Positions 49,516 to 60,801 of a stretch of DNA of 64,000 nucleotides are shown piece by piece. The stretch is from Selaginella moellendorffii (taxonomy: Eukaryota; Plantae; Lycopodiophyta). The stretch lies in NCBI RefSeq assembly GCF_000143415.4, contig NW_003314267.1, forward strand, positions 994,909 through 1,058,908, in the 5' to 3' direction. The notes beneath the pieces are model-generated. The model made no database searches. It was not told where the DNA came from and was given only the letters and a program-made list of their open reading frames with translations. Each line of letters starts with the position of its first letter. Position 1 is the stretch's first letter. Position numbers and translations under genes: made by a program.

Positions 49516-50176
49516 ATGTCTAGTTCCCGTGCAATTCTCCTCGCGATCCTCGTCACCATCTCTGCTGCATTCTCACTTGCCGACCCGGACGCACTCCAAG
49601 ACTTTTGCGTGCGCGACACCAGCGCCACTGCCCCCATCATCAACGGCTTCACCTGCAAGCCCGCTGCCGCCACCGCCGCTGCCGACTTCAAAGTTCTCGG
49701 GCCTTCAGAAATCCGGGAACACCAACAACAAGCTTGGCTCCGCCGTCACCGCCGCAAACGTGACCTCCTTCCCGGGGCTCAACACCCTCGGAGTCTCCTT
49801 CGCAAGGGCCGACTACGCTCCATTCGGTGTCAATGCACCGCACGTCCATCCCCGGGGCACTGAGATCCTCTACGTTCAGCAGGGGACTCTCTACGCGGGA
49901 TTCGTGAGCACCACCAACAACACGCTCTTCGCGCAGACCTTGCATCCGGGTGATCTCTTCGTGTTCCCTCGGGGCCTTGTGCACTTCCCGCTCAATGTCG
50001 GCGAGACCCCCGCCGTGGCTCTCGCGGGATTCAACTCCCAGAACGCAGGTGTCACCGCAGTTGCCAAGGCCGTGTTTGCGTCCAATCCCGCCATCACCGA
50101 TGCTGTGCTTGAGAAGGCGTTTCAGATCAATCCGGAGCTCGTCGACCGCCTCCGGGAGGTCATCATGGCCACTTGA
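49516..50176 (+). pseudogene. Germin-like protein, same +1 frameshift
   Basis: Same lesion. Confidence 0.9.
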
Positions 50177-50363
50177 AAGAAAAAAGTGTGTTTCTCTTTG
50201 TGTATGATATTCTTTTTCCCCATTTGGATAAAACTAAATTTTGTTTCGAATATCTGGTTTTGTTAGCCACCTTTCCGCTAAAATTACAAAAAGATTCATG
50301 TAAACTACGCATTTTTAAATGATGCTCTGTTCTCCGACCGAATGTCCTATGCCCGTCCTATTC

Positions 50364-51407
50364 CTATGCGTGCATTTGCCGGAAGGGGCAGCGCAAGCCT
50401 CCATCGTAGTATGGTCCAAGCTTGCCTGATTTCAGCGCTCCCAGCTCCGCCAGCTTGTATCCCTTCTCGAATGCTGGTGGGCGATACACATTCACGTTGA
50501 GCTGCCGGTACTCTTCCGGATTGGCAGCGGGATTGGGACACCAGTCCACCTCAATGCTGCCCTTTGCATCCTCCACACGTCTGGGAGGCAAGAACGCGGA
50601 CACGAAGCTCCCGGCCAGCAGCTTGAACGCACCCAAGATGATCCACTCCACAATTGCTGGAGGCCTTTCCAATCCAACAGCGCTCCTGATTGTGGGATCG
50701 ATGAGTGCACAGATCCCAGTCTCGACCAGCGGCTGCACGGGGTGAGGAAATGCATCCAGCACCAGATGCTTGAGATCCTGGACGATGCTCTTGTTCTTGT
50801 CCGTGAAGATGGCGTTCTTGGCCTCGTAATCGCGAATGTACTCCCGCATCTCTGGAATGCTATCTGGGATGGTTGTGATGCCCATCCTCACGCCCACGTC
50901 GTGCCACACAACATACGCGGCCTCCTTCTCGCTGTCGGTCCACTTGCGGAATCCAAATCTCTCGGAGAAATCAATGGGGCTGACCACGTTGAGGCAGAGG
51001 ACGTAGGCGAATTGGTCGTTTGGGATCTTGAATTTGTTGTGGATTCCATTCAATCTCCTCACCGCGTACGAGCCGCGATCGCTGTCGACGTGGTGGTGGA
51101 TCATCTCGCTCACCAGAATGTTGGTCTCGGCGGCGCGCTTCTGCGGATCCTTGAGGCCGTACTTGGTCTTGAAGAGCAGATTTGTGATCCCCGGGATGCC
51201 CAGCGTGCGGATTGTGCCAAACTCGAGCGCCTTTTGCGAGAGGAAGGGGAATTCCACCGAGTACATGTACCACAGGATCTTGTGTGCGTCTCTCACGGGG
51301 TGGAGCGACGCTAGAAATCGTGCCCTCTCTTCTCTCTTGCGGATACACACCATCTTCCATGCTGCAGCCATCACGAGAAACGCAATCATCAACACGATTG
51401 CAGCCAT
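50364..51407 (-). CDS. MpaB/DUF2236-family oxygenase, array copy 5
   Basis: Intact ORF. Confidence 0.85.
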   Translation of the reverse strand: MAAIVLMIAFLVMAAAWKMVCIRKREERARFLASLHPVRDAHKILWYMYSVEFPFLSQKALEFGTIRTLGIPGITNLLFKTKYGLKDPQKRAAETNILVSEMIHHHVDSDRGSYAVRRLNGIHNKFKIPNDQFAYVLCLNVVSPIDFSERFGFRKWTDSEKEAAYVVWHDVGVRMGITTIPDSIPEMREYIRDYEAKNAIFTDKNKSIVQDLKHLVLDAFPHPVQPLVETGICALIDPTIRSAVGLERPPAIVEWIILGAFKLLAGSFVSAFLPPRRVEDAKGSIEVDWCPNPAANPEEYRQLNVNVYRPPAFEKGYKLAELGALKSGKLGPYYDGGLRCPFRQMHA

Positions 51408-51763
51408 GTTGAAATTGATCGATCTGATCAACTTGATTGGAGAATGGCTGCTTTTGTTTTCTACTCCTCTGTGGGTTGAGGAAACAGAGGCTGGAGAAGG
51501 GTCTTTTATACTATCCGAGCTATCAGCCACGTTTTTTTATTTCCGTGTGATCCGTATTTTGCACCATACACGTAGCCATATACTTGGGAGAGAAATCCTT
51601 TTTGTTCTATTCGGTGCACGTTTTCCATACAATTATCTGGTCCATGCAATATATCGGTCCTACCAACTTCGTTTGAGATAGTTTCACCATCCACAAAGTA
51701 ATGCGGATAATCTTAATTACAAGGTTTCCGCGAGATATAATCCCACGGGCTTTTCTTCCTTGC

Positions 51764-52516
51764 CTAGCTATGACTAAGATAGGAGGAAGAAGATCGCTCA
51801 CTATGCACTGAGCAGCTGGACGAGGCTGGCGGCCTTTCGCGCCGCGCGGCTCGCCCCTCCTCCTCCTCCTCTTCCTTCATCACGGGTTTGTATGCCTCCC
51901 CCATGTCTTCCGGACACGACTTGATCCACTGGCTGCAAATCGGGCACTTCATCTGGATGGTCGATATTTGCACCGCGCACTCCTCACACATGAGATGGTT
52001 GCACGGCAGCAGCGCTTTTGTTCTCGTCCCCTCCCCGCATACATTGCACTCAAGATCCAGCAACATATTTATCCTGTAGCTGGCATATGGCTTAGGCACT
52101 GTACAGTGTACGATGAACTGTTACCCTTCTGCCATATCCGTGATCTTGGCCCCGAGCACATACTTGATGGGAGCGAAGCCGTCTCTCATGGCTTGAAGCA
52201 CAAGCCGTCCCTGGCAACTGCCCAAATCTCGGCGGATTGTTGTGAGGATGATTCACCAAGGAGCCCAAGTCGAAGAACCAGGTCCTTCCCAGGCCCAAAA
52301 CCATAGGCTTGTGATCTTCGGTGAGATCTGGGAAGAGTGATTGTTGATGTGTTCTTGTTGTTGCTGCCAAACATTTGCTGCTAAAGGGAAGTTGTTTGAA
52401 TCACTATTGAAGATGTTGTCAGTGCTGCCCAAAGAAGCCAAAGTTGCTTTAATGTGGTGGTGGTGGGAGGCCCGGAGGAAAGACTGTGATTGTAGCGAAG
52501 AAGAACTGTTAGCCAT
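51764..52516 (-). pseudogene. C3HC4 RING-finger gene, most complete copy but disrupted
   Basis: ECNVC..LLPCNHLMCEEC..CPIC; in-frame TAA (TGG in other copies) in MAEG*QFIV, plus frame breaks upstream. Confidence 0.7.
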
Positions 52517-52824
52517 GAGTAAATACCTAGAAAGCTCTACTTTTTTCCCAATCTTTAAATTAAGCCAGAGTTAGATTTTTATTTCCTTTTTATGTACATT
52601 CATAAATAGAAAATAAAAGTATAATTATCATATTTCTAATTAGAAATAATATAGCTTTGTTCAATCTTGATGTTTTGATAGAGTTGAACTTGTAAAACAT
52701 GGACGAGTTAAGGTTAACTGGATACTCCTTGTTTTTGACATTGGTTTTGCTTGCTCACTGGTTTGATAAAACTTCAAGAAGTGATCACAATCAGTCTGTG
52801 AAGTTTTACTCAAATGGATGTAAT

Positions 52825-55710
52825 TCAAGATTCGGCTCTGGAGATAATTTGCTCAAGCTGGGCATGCTCTTCCCACCTCCCCGCAGCCGAATAGATATTC
52901 GCCATGAGAACGTAAGCCGCAGCTTTCTTCTCCTCCATCCTCACAATCTCCTCAAACGCTACCCTTCCAAACTCCACATTCTTCCACTTCGCACACGCCG
53001 CCAGCACCGCCATCCAAATCCTCACGTTTGTTTCCACCGGCATGCTCCTCAAAACACCCACAGCCTCCTCGATCCGGTTTGCTCGTCCCAGCAAATCCAC
53101 CATGCAAGAGTAGTGCTCGATCCCAAGAGCTAAATCGCCTGTTTTCTTCATCGTCTCAAAGAGCTCCCTGCCTCGATCGACCAGTCCGGCATGGCTGCAA
53201 GCTGTGAGAACCGAGAGGAAAGTCACGGCATCGGGCTTGCACCGCTCCTCTTGCATCCTCTCGAACGATTCAAACACCTTGGCGGTGTTTCCTTGATGGC
53301 TGTATCCTGCTATTAGAGCGTTCCAAGTTACCGAGTCTCTCCTCCCTTCAAGAGTGGCAAACACTCGCTCGGCTTCCACCATGCTGCCGCATTTGCCGTA
53401 GAAATCCACCAGAGAGTTTCCAACAATCGGGTCCATGTCGAGTCGAGCACTACGGATCAGCGCGTGAACTTCTCTGCCGGTTGCCATAGCTGCGAGGCTT
53501 CCGCAGGCCTTGAGAACAGCGACGAAGGTGACGCAGTCTGGAGAACAGCAGCCTTCCGCCAGCATTCGCGAGTAGAGTTCCAGAGCAGTGCCGCTCTCGC
53601 CGTTCTCCTGATAGCCCATGATCATTGCCGTCCAGGAAACTGTGTCTCGGTGCTTCGTCCTGTCGAAAACCTCGCGAGCTTCTTCCAGGCTGCCACACTT
53701 GACGTACATGTCCACCAGGGAGCTCGCGACGAACATCTCCATCTCAAGCCCCATGCTCACGGCTCTGGAGTGGATGTCCCTGCCTTTAAGCAAGAACTCC
53801 GGCTTGCGAGCCTCGCTTCTTGTTGCAGCACTAGCACAGGCCTTGAGAACCGCAACGTAACTCCGAGCGTCTGGTAGAATCCTGTCCCTTATTTGCATGC
53901 GGTCGAAGAGCTCAAGAGCTGATTCTCCGTCCCCGTTCTCGGCATAGCCGAGAATCAAAGTGTTCCACAGTACCAAGTTGCGGCCCTTGATCCCGTCAAA
54001 AGCTCGACGAGCACACCCAATGTTTCCACACTTTGCGTAGGCGTCCACCAGGCTGCTCGCCACGAAAATGTCTTGGTCCAGTCCAGTTTTTGCAGCTCGA
54101 GAGTGTATCTCTTTCACTCTCTGAAAACAGCAAGCCTTGATAGCTTTCCCTTCCACCTGTTTGCCTTCCACCTTTGGTACCACGCTTAAACAGGCCTTTA
54201 CTGCTGCGAGATAAGTCACGCGATCTGGAGTCCACCCTTCTTCTTGCATTCTCCAAAACAGCTCAACAGCAACTTCACCCTCCTTGTTCTCGGTATAGCT
54301 TTGAATCAGTGCACTCCACGAAGCTACGTCGCGCGTCCGCATCTTGTCAAACACTCGCTGAGAATCCATCAAGCTTCCACACTGCGAGTAAACGAAGATC
54401 AAACTGTTCGCGAGGAAGTGATCCAACTTGCAACCGCACTTCATTGCCTGCGAGTGAATTGCCATGGCTTGCTCCAAGCACGTAAGTTTCACCATCTTTC
54501 CACCGAATCCCTGTAGCCTTTCCGCTGTAAAAGCCGCGCACGCTTTCAGTGCCGCAAGGAAAGTAACTCGATTCGGCCTGAAGCCTTCACTTTGCATCCC
54601 AACGAATAACTCCAAACCCAGCCCGCCTTCACCATTCTCCGCATAAGCTAGAATCATCGCATTCCAAGACACCAAAGTTGGCTGGATCATCCTGTGAAAG
54701 ACCCCGCTGGCATCGACTAAACTTCCACAACCAGCGTACGTAGAGATCAGCGTGTTGGCCACCGAAGAACCGATTCCACACCCATCTCGAGCAGCCAGAG
54801 AGTGTATTGCTAAAACCTTCTCCAGGCACTGAACCTTCACAGCTTTCCCGTTTATCTTCTCGCCTCTCTCCTTCTCTGCCAAGTCCGAGCAGGCCTTGAG
54901 AAGAGCGATGAAAGTTACCGAGTCGGGAGCACAGCCATCTCCTTCACTTCTCATGCTCGAGAAAACGTCCAAAGCCGACTGCCCGTCACCACCCTCGGCA
55001 TAACCCAGCATGATCGAGTTCCAAGTAACCACGTCGCGTTTCACCATCCTGTCAAACACGGCCCGGGCGTCCACCAAGCTTCCACACTTTGCGTACATAT
55101 CCACCAGAGTGCTGGCCACGAATATGTCCGAGTTTAATCCGCTCCTCACAGTTCGAGCGTGAATCTCTCGTCCAGTCTCTAGCGCTGCGAGCTTGACAAG
55201 CTTTCCTCCAACTCTTCTCCCTTCTTCTTTCGCAGCAAAGCGAGAGCAGGCTTTGATCGCTGCCAGGAAAGTCACTCGATTCGGAGCAAGGCCCTCGACG
55301 TCCTCCATGCGAGAGAAAAGCTCCAAGGCCTCTTCGCAGCCTCCATTCTCCGCATAGCCCAGGATAATGGTGTTCCACGACACTAGATCGTGCTCCCGGA
55401 TCCTCTCAAACACGCGACGAGCTTCCTCCATGGAGCCACACTTCGCGTACATTGCCACCACACTGTTGGCCACAAAAACGTTTGAGTCGTCCCCATTGCT
55501 AGCAACATCCATATGAATTCGCTTACCAGATTGGAGGTCGCGCGCGCTGCCACACCACTTCAATGCGGCCAAGACGACTGGAATCCCCGGCCGTATCCCG
55601 CGAGCGCGCAGCTCCTCGTAGATTTCGCCGCCAGATCTAGAGCTCATGGGGGGATGTGGCCATGGCGGCTTGGCGAGATCCGAAACATGTGTCTGGGGGA
55701 GATCGCCCAT
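52825..55710 (-). CDS. PLS-class PPR protein with E motifs, no DYW (a further 5' exon is possible)
   Basis: 961-aa ORF of repeated 'LVDMYAKCGS..AR.VFD' / 'VSWN.MI.GY' motifs, ending AAAYVLMANIY. Confidence 0.93.
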   Translation of the reverse strand: MGDLPQTHVSDLAKPPWPHPPMSSRSGGEIYEELRARGIRPGIPVVLAALKWCGSARDLQSGKRIHMDVASNGDDSNVFVANSVVAMYAKCGSMEEARRVFERIREHDLVSWNTIILGYAENGGCEEALELFSRMEDVEGLAPNRVTFLAAIKACSRFAAKEEGRRVGGKLVKLAALETGREIHARTVRSGLNSDIFVASTLVDMYAKCGSLVDARAVFDRMVKRDVVTWNSIMLGYAEGGDGQSALDVFSSMRSEGDGCAPDSVTFIALLKACSDLAEKERGEKINGKAVKVQCLEKVLAIHSLAARDGCGIGSSVANTLISTYAGCGSLVDASGVFHRMIQPTLVSWNAMILAYAENGEGGLGLELFVGMQSEGFRPNRVTFLAALKACAAFTAERLQGFGGKMVKLTCLEQAMAIHSQAMKCGCKLDHFLANSLIFVYSQCGSLMDSQRVFDKMRTRDVASWSALIQSYTENKEGEVAVELFWRMQEEGWTPDRVTYLAAVKACLSVVPKVEGKQVEGKAIKACCFQRVKEIHSRAAKTGLDQDIFVASSLVDAYAKCGNIGCARRAFDGIKGRNLVLWNTLILGYAENGDGESALELFDRMQIRDRILPDARSYVAVLKACASAATRSEARKPEFLLKGRDIHSRAVSMGLEMEMFVASSLVDMYVKCGSLEEAREVFDRTKHRDTVSWTAMIMGYQENGESGTALELYSRMLAEGCCSPDCVTFVAVLKACGSLAAMATGREVHALIRSARLDMDPIVGNSLVDFYGKCGSMVEAERVFATLEGRRDSVTWNALIAGYSHQGNTAKVFESFERMQEERCKPDAVTFLSVLTACSHAGLVDRGRELFETMKKTGDLALGIEHYSCMVDLLGRANRIEEAVGVLRSMPVETNVRIWMAVLAACAKWKNVEFGRVAFEEIVRMEEKKAAAYVLMANIYSAAGRWEEHAQLEQIISRAES

Positions 55711-56110
55711 GCTCCTCTAGAAAGCCCTATCTAGTGACAATTAACAATGCAAGAGAATATCTAGAAGGAAAGAAGCTCACTTGACATTCTCTACGAGAAA
55801 AATCGCCACTCTTGCTTCTAGCTCTTCTTGTGCGGGACGTCATCCGGTGGCTTTGGTTTCGCTGCTACCATGCCTTCCACTCGCTGGCGGCCTTGATCTG
55901 CGAGGCTGGCGGCTCCAGTGCATCACTGCGAGCTCGCCACTTTGATCGGTCGAAACCGGTTCCACTTTCGAGCTAGCGGCTTTGATCTGCGAAACCGGTT
56001 CCACCACTTTCGCGCTGGCAGCTTCGATCTCATCTCCAACTTCTTTGTTCCACCTGCGAGACTTTGATCTGCTCTCCACCGCAGAGGCCATAAATTCCTC
56101 CATCACCCTT

Positions 56111-56292
56111 CCAGAACGCCGGTGTCACCGTGGTTGCCAAGGCCGTGCTCGCATCCAATCCTGCCATCACGGATGCCGAGAAGGTGTTCCAGATCAGTCT
56201 GGAGCTCGTCGATCGCTCATCAAAAAAACGTGTGAGATCCTCAAGCGGTGACGATTGCCGGAAGGGGCAGCGCCGATTTCAGTGCTCCCAGC
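56111..56292. pseudogene. Decayed remnant of GLP 3' end (+) and oxygenase 3' end (-)
   Basis: CAGAACGCCGGTGTCACC...AATCCTGCCATCACGGATGCC matches GLP; TGCCGGAAGGGGCAGCGC/GATTTCAGTGCTCCCAGCT matches the oxygenase end. Confidence 0.75.
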
Positions 56293-59200
56293 TAAAGACA
56301 TTGTCGTGTTTCTACGTTTCTTCCGCCATAGCTCCATTTTGACGGTTTTTCTTGAAGATCACATCGACCTTGGCGTACATGGTTCTTTTAATCAAAGGAA
56401 TGGATGCGCTTTGCATTTGGATTCGAGAGTTATACAAGTTCTACCATATAATCTCTTGCCTTTTTATTTTTACTCTTTTTCTTTCTCTCTTCAGAAGTTT
56501 GTATATTCTGCTTCTAGTATATATAAACTAAGGATCAACAGGTTCTCAAGTACTATGAATTTTCCCACTTTTATATATATGGGCCCATAGATTAAATGTG
56601 ATTAATTAATAGTGAATTAGAAATAATTCTAAAGTTGTGACTTTTAAGGTGGTTGGGATGAAGACTTTTATATCAATTGTGACAGTTAAAATATAAAAAA
56701 ATGCTTTAGTGTGATGGAAAGCAATGACAACACTGCTGAAGAACTTAGTGTCAAGGAGGATTAACTTCCAGATGGTTGTGATGATAATTAACACTGGGGC
56801 ATAAGGAAGCTTAAGTCCTTAAACAATAGTGGTTTATCCATGCTCACTCATCTTGGTGTTTCTAAAGTTTTTTTCCATAGTTACTTAGTAGCACAATGCT
56901 TTGAAAACAAGGGTAATGAAAGAGCCTTTATAAAGATATTAGCTAAGTAATATTCTTTTTACACACTTCAAATCAAACTAATGGTAATATGTATAGACAT
57001 AAAGTAAAGAGTTAGATTGTTTGCCAAAGCAATAGTTGATTGATTATCACAATATAGAAATGTAGTTAATGATATCAATCATAAGTCAGTCTCTATAGCC
57101 ATAATTTCAGGAGTAACTAGACTAATGACAATATATTCAACTTTGGTAGACAATACTGCTATACAATATTGATGCTAAGAAAATTAAGATAACATTAGAA
57201 TTAATAAAAAATGAATTAAGAATGAGTTCTAGAGCAAGTATAGATGGTGCCATGATTAATTGTTCTTTTAAAATATCAAAAAACTCATTTTATTCAATTT
57301 CTAACAATATTTTATAGACTTTAGATACTACTCTAAAGTATAGTAAAGTGAAGCTTATGCTCAATAGAAGGTCCCTTCAAAGATATAAAAAAGATATTAA
57401 AATAAAAATAAAAAAGTGAATAAAATAGTTAAAAATTACTAGCAAAAGTTACTATAAGTGATATTAACAACCTCTAACATATGCTTGGAATTCAAAGCAA
57501 TCTAGATCTTAACTGTATAGGCAACCATAGAGAATTGCCACAAGCCCTAATATAGGGGGATGGTCCAAAATTAAGTTGAGCTCAAGTCAACATAAATTAA
57601 TGCAAGTCAATGTAGTCAATTAGAAGTTTGATAAAGTAAATTTAAATTGAAGAAATAAAAGTTCTAACAAACTTTAAAATATTGAAAAATGTAAGTACCT
57701 TGGTCAAAAATTTCTACCAGATTGAGTCGTTTAAAATAGACAAAGTTAACAAGAACCTATCTTTTATAAAGCCATCTTATTTTACTATAACTACCATTAC
57801 AATTGTCATATTTTGATTTGGCTACTTCATATTTTTTATTAATTTACAGCTGTCATATATTTATATACTATTCCTTCATTCTAGGGTTCTTGAAAAGATG
57901 GGAAGCAAGGAAAACAAAAACATTTTGAGTAAAAGTTGTAGTGCAAAGAAATGTAAGAATGTTAGCTTTATTTCATTACCACAGTTTCCATATTACACTC
58001 ATGTGGTCTTTATTACCCATTTGGGAATGTGGAAACCACCATCACTGTTGATAAAAATGTTTCTATTACTTGTAAAATAACAGTTCATAGCAAAAGAAAT
58101 GAAGAAATGAACAATATAGTGGAAAGTACTAACAAATCTACTTCATAAAACTTTTCATGACATTTATATTTTATATAATACTTCATATAAAAAACTCTGC
58201 TTGCTTGAGTATATCTTAATCCTCCCATATGAGAAGAGTAAAATATATTTTCATAGTGAATCCCCACTAGGAATTTTTGGGAGTTGTTTGTGAATAATAA
58301 TAATCACGTTCTGAGAACTAGAACACCTTGGCAATCATGTCATCGCTCATGTCTGGCTTGACAACACTTGAAAAGTTCCAGAAATCAAAATCTTTGAAAG
58401 ACTCAAAAGTAATCACATTAAAAAATCAAGTCTATCTACATTTCCAAAACTAAAAAGTATTTTCAAACAAAAGAATGCCAAAGTGCCAGTGTGCCCACTA
58501 TAATATGGTCTATATTTCTCTATAGTTTATTTCCCTAGAAAGTTTGTATAACTGTAAAAAAAATGGAGTATGTTTTCATCAAAATGATTGAGCATTTGTA
58601 TACACATAAATCTAGAATTTTTGTTTACAAGTAAGATATGATTATGAAGCCATATTTATGAGATTGAAATTTAAAAAATCTGAGTATTATTAGTGTCATA
58701 ATAAATAGACCTCATTCCCAAGACTAAAACTTAACATATAAACTACTAAAAACATTATAGTCATTATAGTTTTTTTATTGAGCTCTTTGCAAAGTTGAAA
58801 AACTTATATAGGAATAGCTTAAAAGAAAAGTTATCACTACTCATACTTGGGCCCCTAGCATTTCATATCGATTTCCACCTCCATCTACAAGTTCTACCAA
58901 CTTTCCACCTTCACTTTCATATAATAATCATCTTTTTGTTAGGGGCTTTAGTGAAGTTAAACTAAAACTCCTTATATATGAAATTCTTGATCTTTTTACT
59001 AGAGAGGGAATGCCTTTAATGCTTCAAAAGCAGTGCCACATGTTTCTGTAACATCTTGCTCTTGACATAGTGGGATTACTTGAAAGTATAAAACACTATT
59101 ATATTCAATATCCAATATACTATTGTTTTTTGGACAAGACAAATGACTCCATGGGTTTATAAACTTTTCTTGAGCACTATAGCAATTGCTCAATGACAAA

Positions 59201-60139
59201 TCTAGAAATGTGCATAGGTGTATAATAGATTCAAGAACAAGTTATAGACACATAGCCACTATCGCTTTATAGTGAAGAATAAGATACCCTTGGGAAACAT
59301 TATATCACCTAGTGTAAAATATGGGGTTATCTAGTCATCGTATAATGGAATGTAAGGTCTAGGATTGCTTTACAATATTATAGTATCTATTTTAAAAGGA
59401 AAAAAATAATGAAATGATATTAGTTGTAGGTAACATATCTTGTTTTAGAGTGGAATATCCACTATAGAAAAGAACAACAAACAAGGTATTAAAAGTGTTA
59501 TATTCAATTTAGAAATGACTCAAAAGAAGAAAATGTGTAAGCTCTCTTGCTAGCCTTTACATCAATGCAATAGTCATCTTGGTTTAGTGGGAAGCAATGA
59601 ACACATTGAGAATTTGATTCTAAGGTGCTTAATATGCCTCAAGAATTCATTTCTATGGGCTCGAATAGTTTTCTTGAGCATTGCTGCCATTGCCACAAAT
59701 GGTGTTATCATTTCATATATAATTGTTTATAAGATGTTGAAAGACGAGATGGCAACACACAAGTGTTATAGAGTGATGGTGGCAAGTGAGAATGACAATC
59801 TACAATTATGATATGAGCTCTTCCTAACTCTTCTTTAGATGCATAAGTTTGTTAGCATTTTGTTTGACATTCACTAAAGACTAGAACCAAAATAATAAAA
59901 AAGGCCCTGATAAAGTGAAAGGGAAAGATATACCTTGCACTATACTACAAGTATAAAACTGATTGCGTTGTTGAACCATCGTGTACCATCATTTCTAATG
60001 TGCGAGTGTCAAACAAGTGTTTGCAGATCATCACTATAAATGTGTCAAATGTCATCCTCACTCCAGTTTGCCAAAACTTGGAATTACTTTGATGTATGGA
60101 CAAGGTCTGTTTTTGTAACACAACTACCTAGCTTGCATC

Positions 60140-60239
60140 NNNNNNNNNNNNNNNNNNNNNNNNNNNNNNNNNNNNNNNNNNNNNNNNNNNNNNNNNNNNN
60201 NNNNNNNNNNNNNNNNNNNNNNNNNNNNNNNNNNNNNNN
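60140..60239. other. Assembly gap (100 N)
   Basis: N run. Confidence 1.
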
Positions 60240-60254
60240 ATTGTCAAGTTCCCC

Positions 60255-60801
60255 TATCTGGGATGGTTGTGATGCCCATCCTCACGCCCACGTCGTGCCA
60301 CACAACATACGCGGCCTCCTTCTCGCTGTCGGTCCACTTGCGGAATCCAAATCTCTCGGAGAAATCAATGGGGCTGACCACGTTGAGGCAGAGGACGTAT
60401 GCGAATTGGTCGTTTGGGATCTTGAATTTGTTGTGGATTCCATTCAATCTCCTCACCGCGTACGAGCCGCGATCGCTGTCGACGTGGTGGTGAATCATCT
60501 CGCTCACCAGAATGTTGGTCTCGGCGGCGCGCTTCTGCGGATCCTTGAGGCCGTACTTGGTCTTGAAGAGCAGATTTGTGATCCCCGGGATGCCCAGCGT
60601 GCGGATTGTGCCAAACTCGAGCGCCTTTTGCGAGAGGAAGGGGAATTCCACCGAGTACATGTACCACAGGATCTTGTGTGCGTCTCTCACGGGGTGGAGC
60701 GACGCTAGAAATCGTGCCCTCTCTTCTCTCTTGCGGATACACACCATCTTCCATGCTGCAGCCATCACGAGAAACGCAATCATCAACACGATTGCAGCCA
60801 T
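60255..60801 (-). CDS. MpaB/DUF2236-family oxygenase, partial (cut at contig edge)
   Basis: Matches the 5' half of the array copies. Confidence 0.7.

Larger units (their letters stand above)
28300..52370 (+). repeat. Tandem segmental array, periods 5163/4786/4786/5163 bp
   Basis: Oxygenase stop codons at 30466, 35629, 40415, 45201, 50364; near-identical units. Confidence 0.95.

Noticed and set aside
55840-56106. 88-aa ORF with a short internal repeat (KVVEPVS/KVEPVS)
   Set aside because: No recognisable domain; may be a broken upstream exon of the PPR gene, which cannot be resolved here
56600-60139. AT-rich stretch, possibly old TE debris (e.g. 'TETCGTAFEALK')
   Set aside because: No convincing motifs, termini or ORFs to support a call
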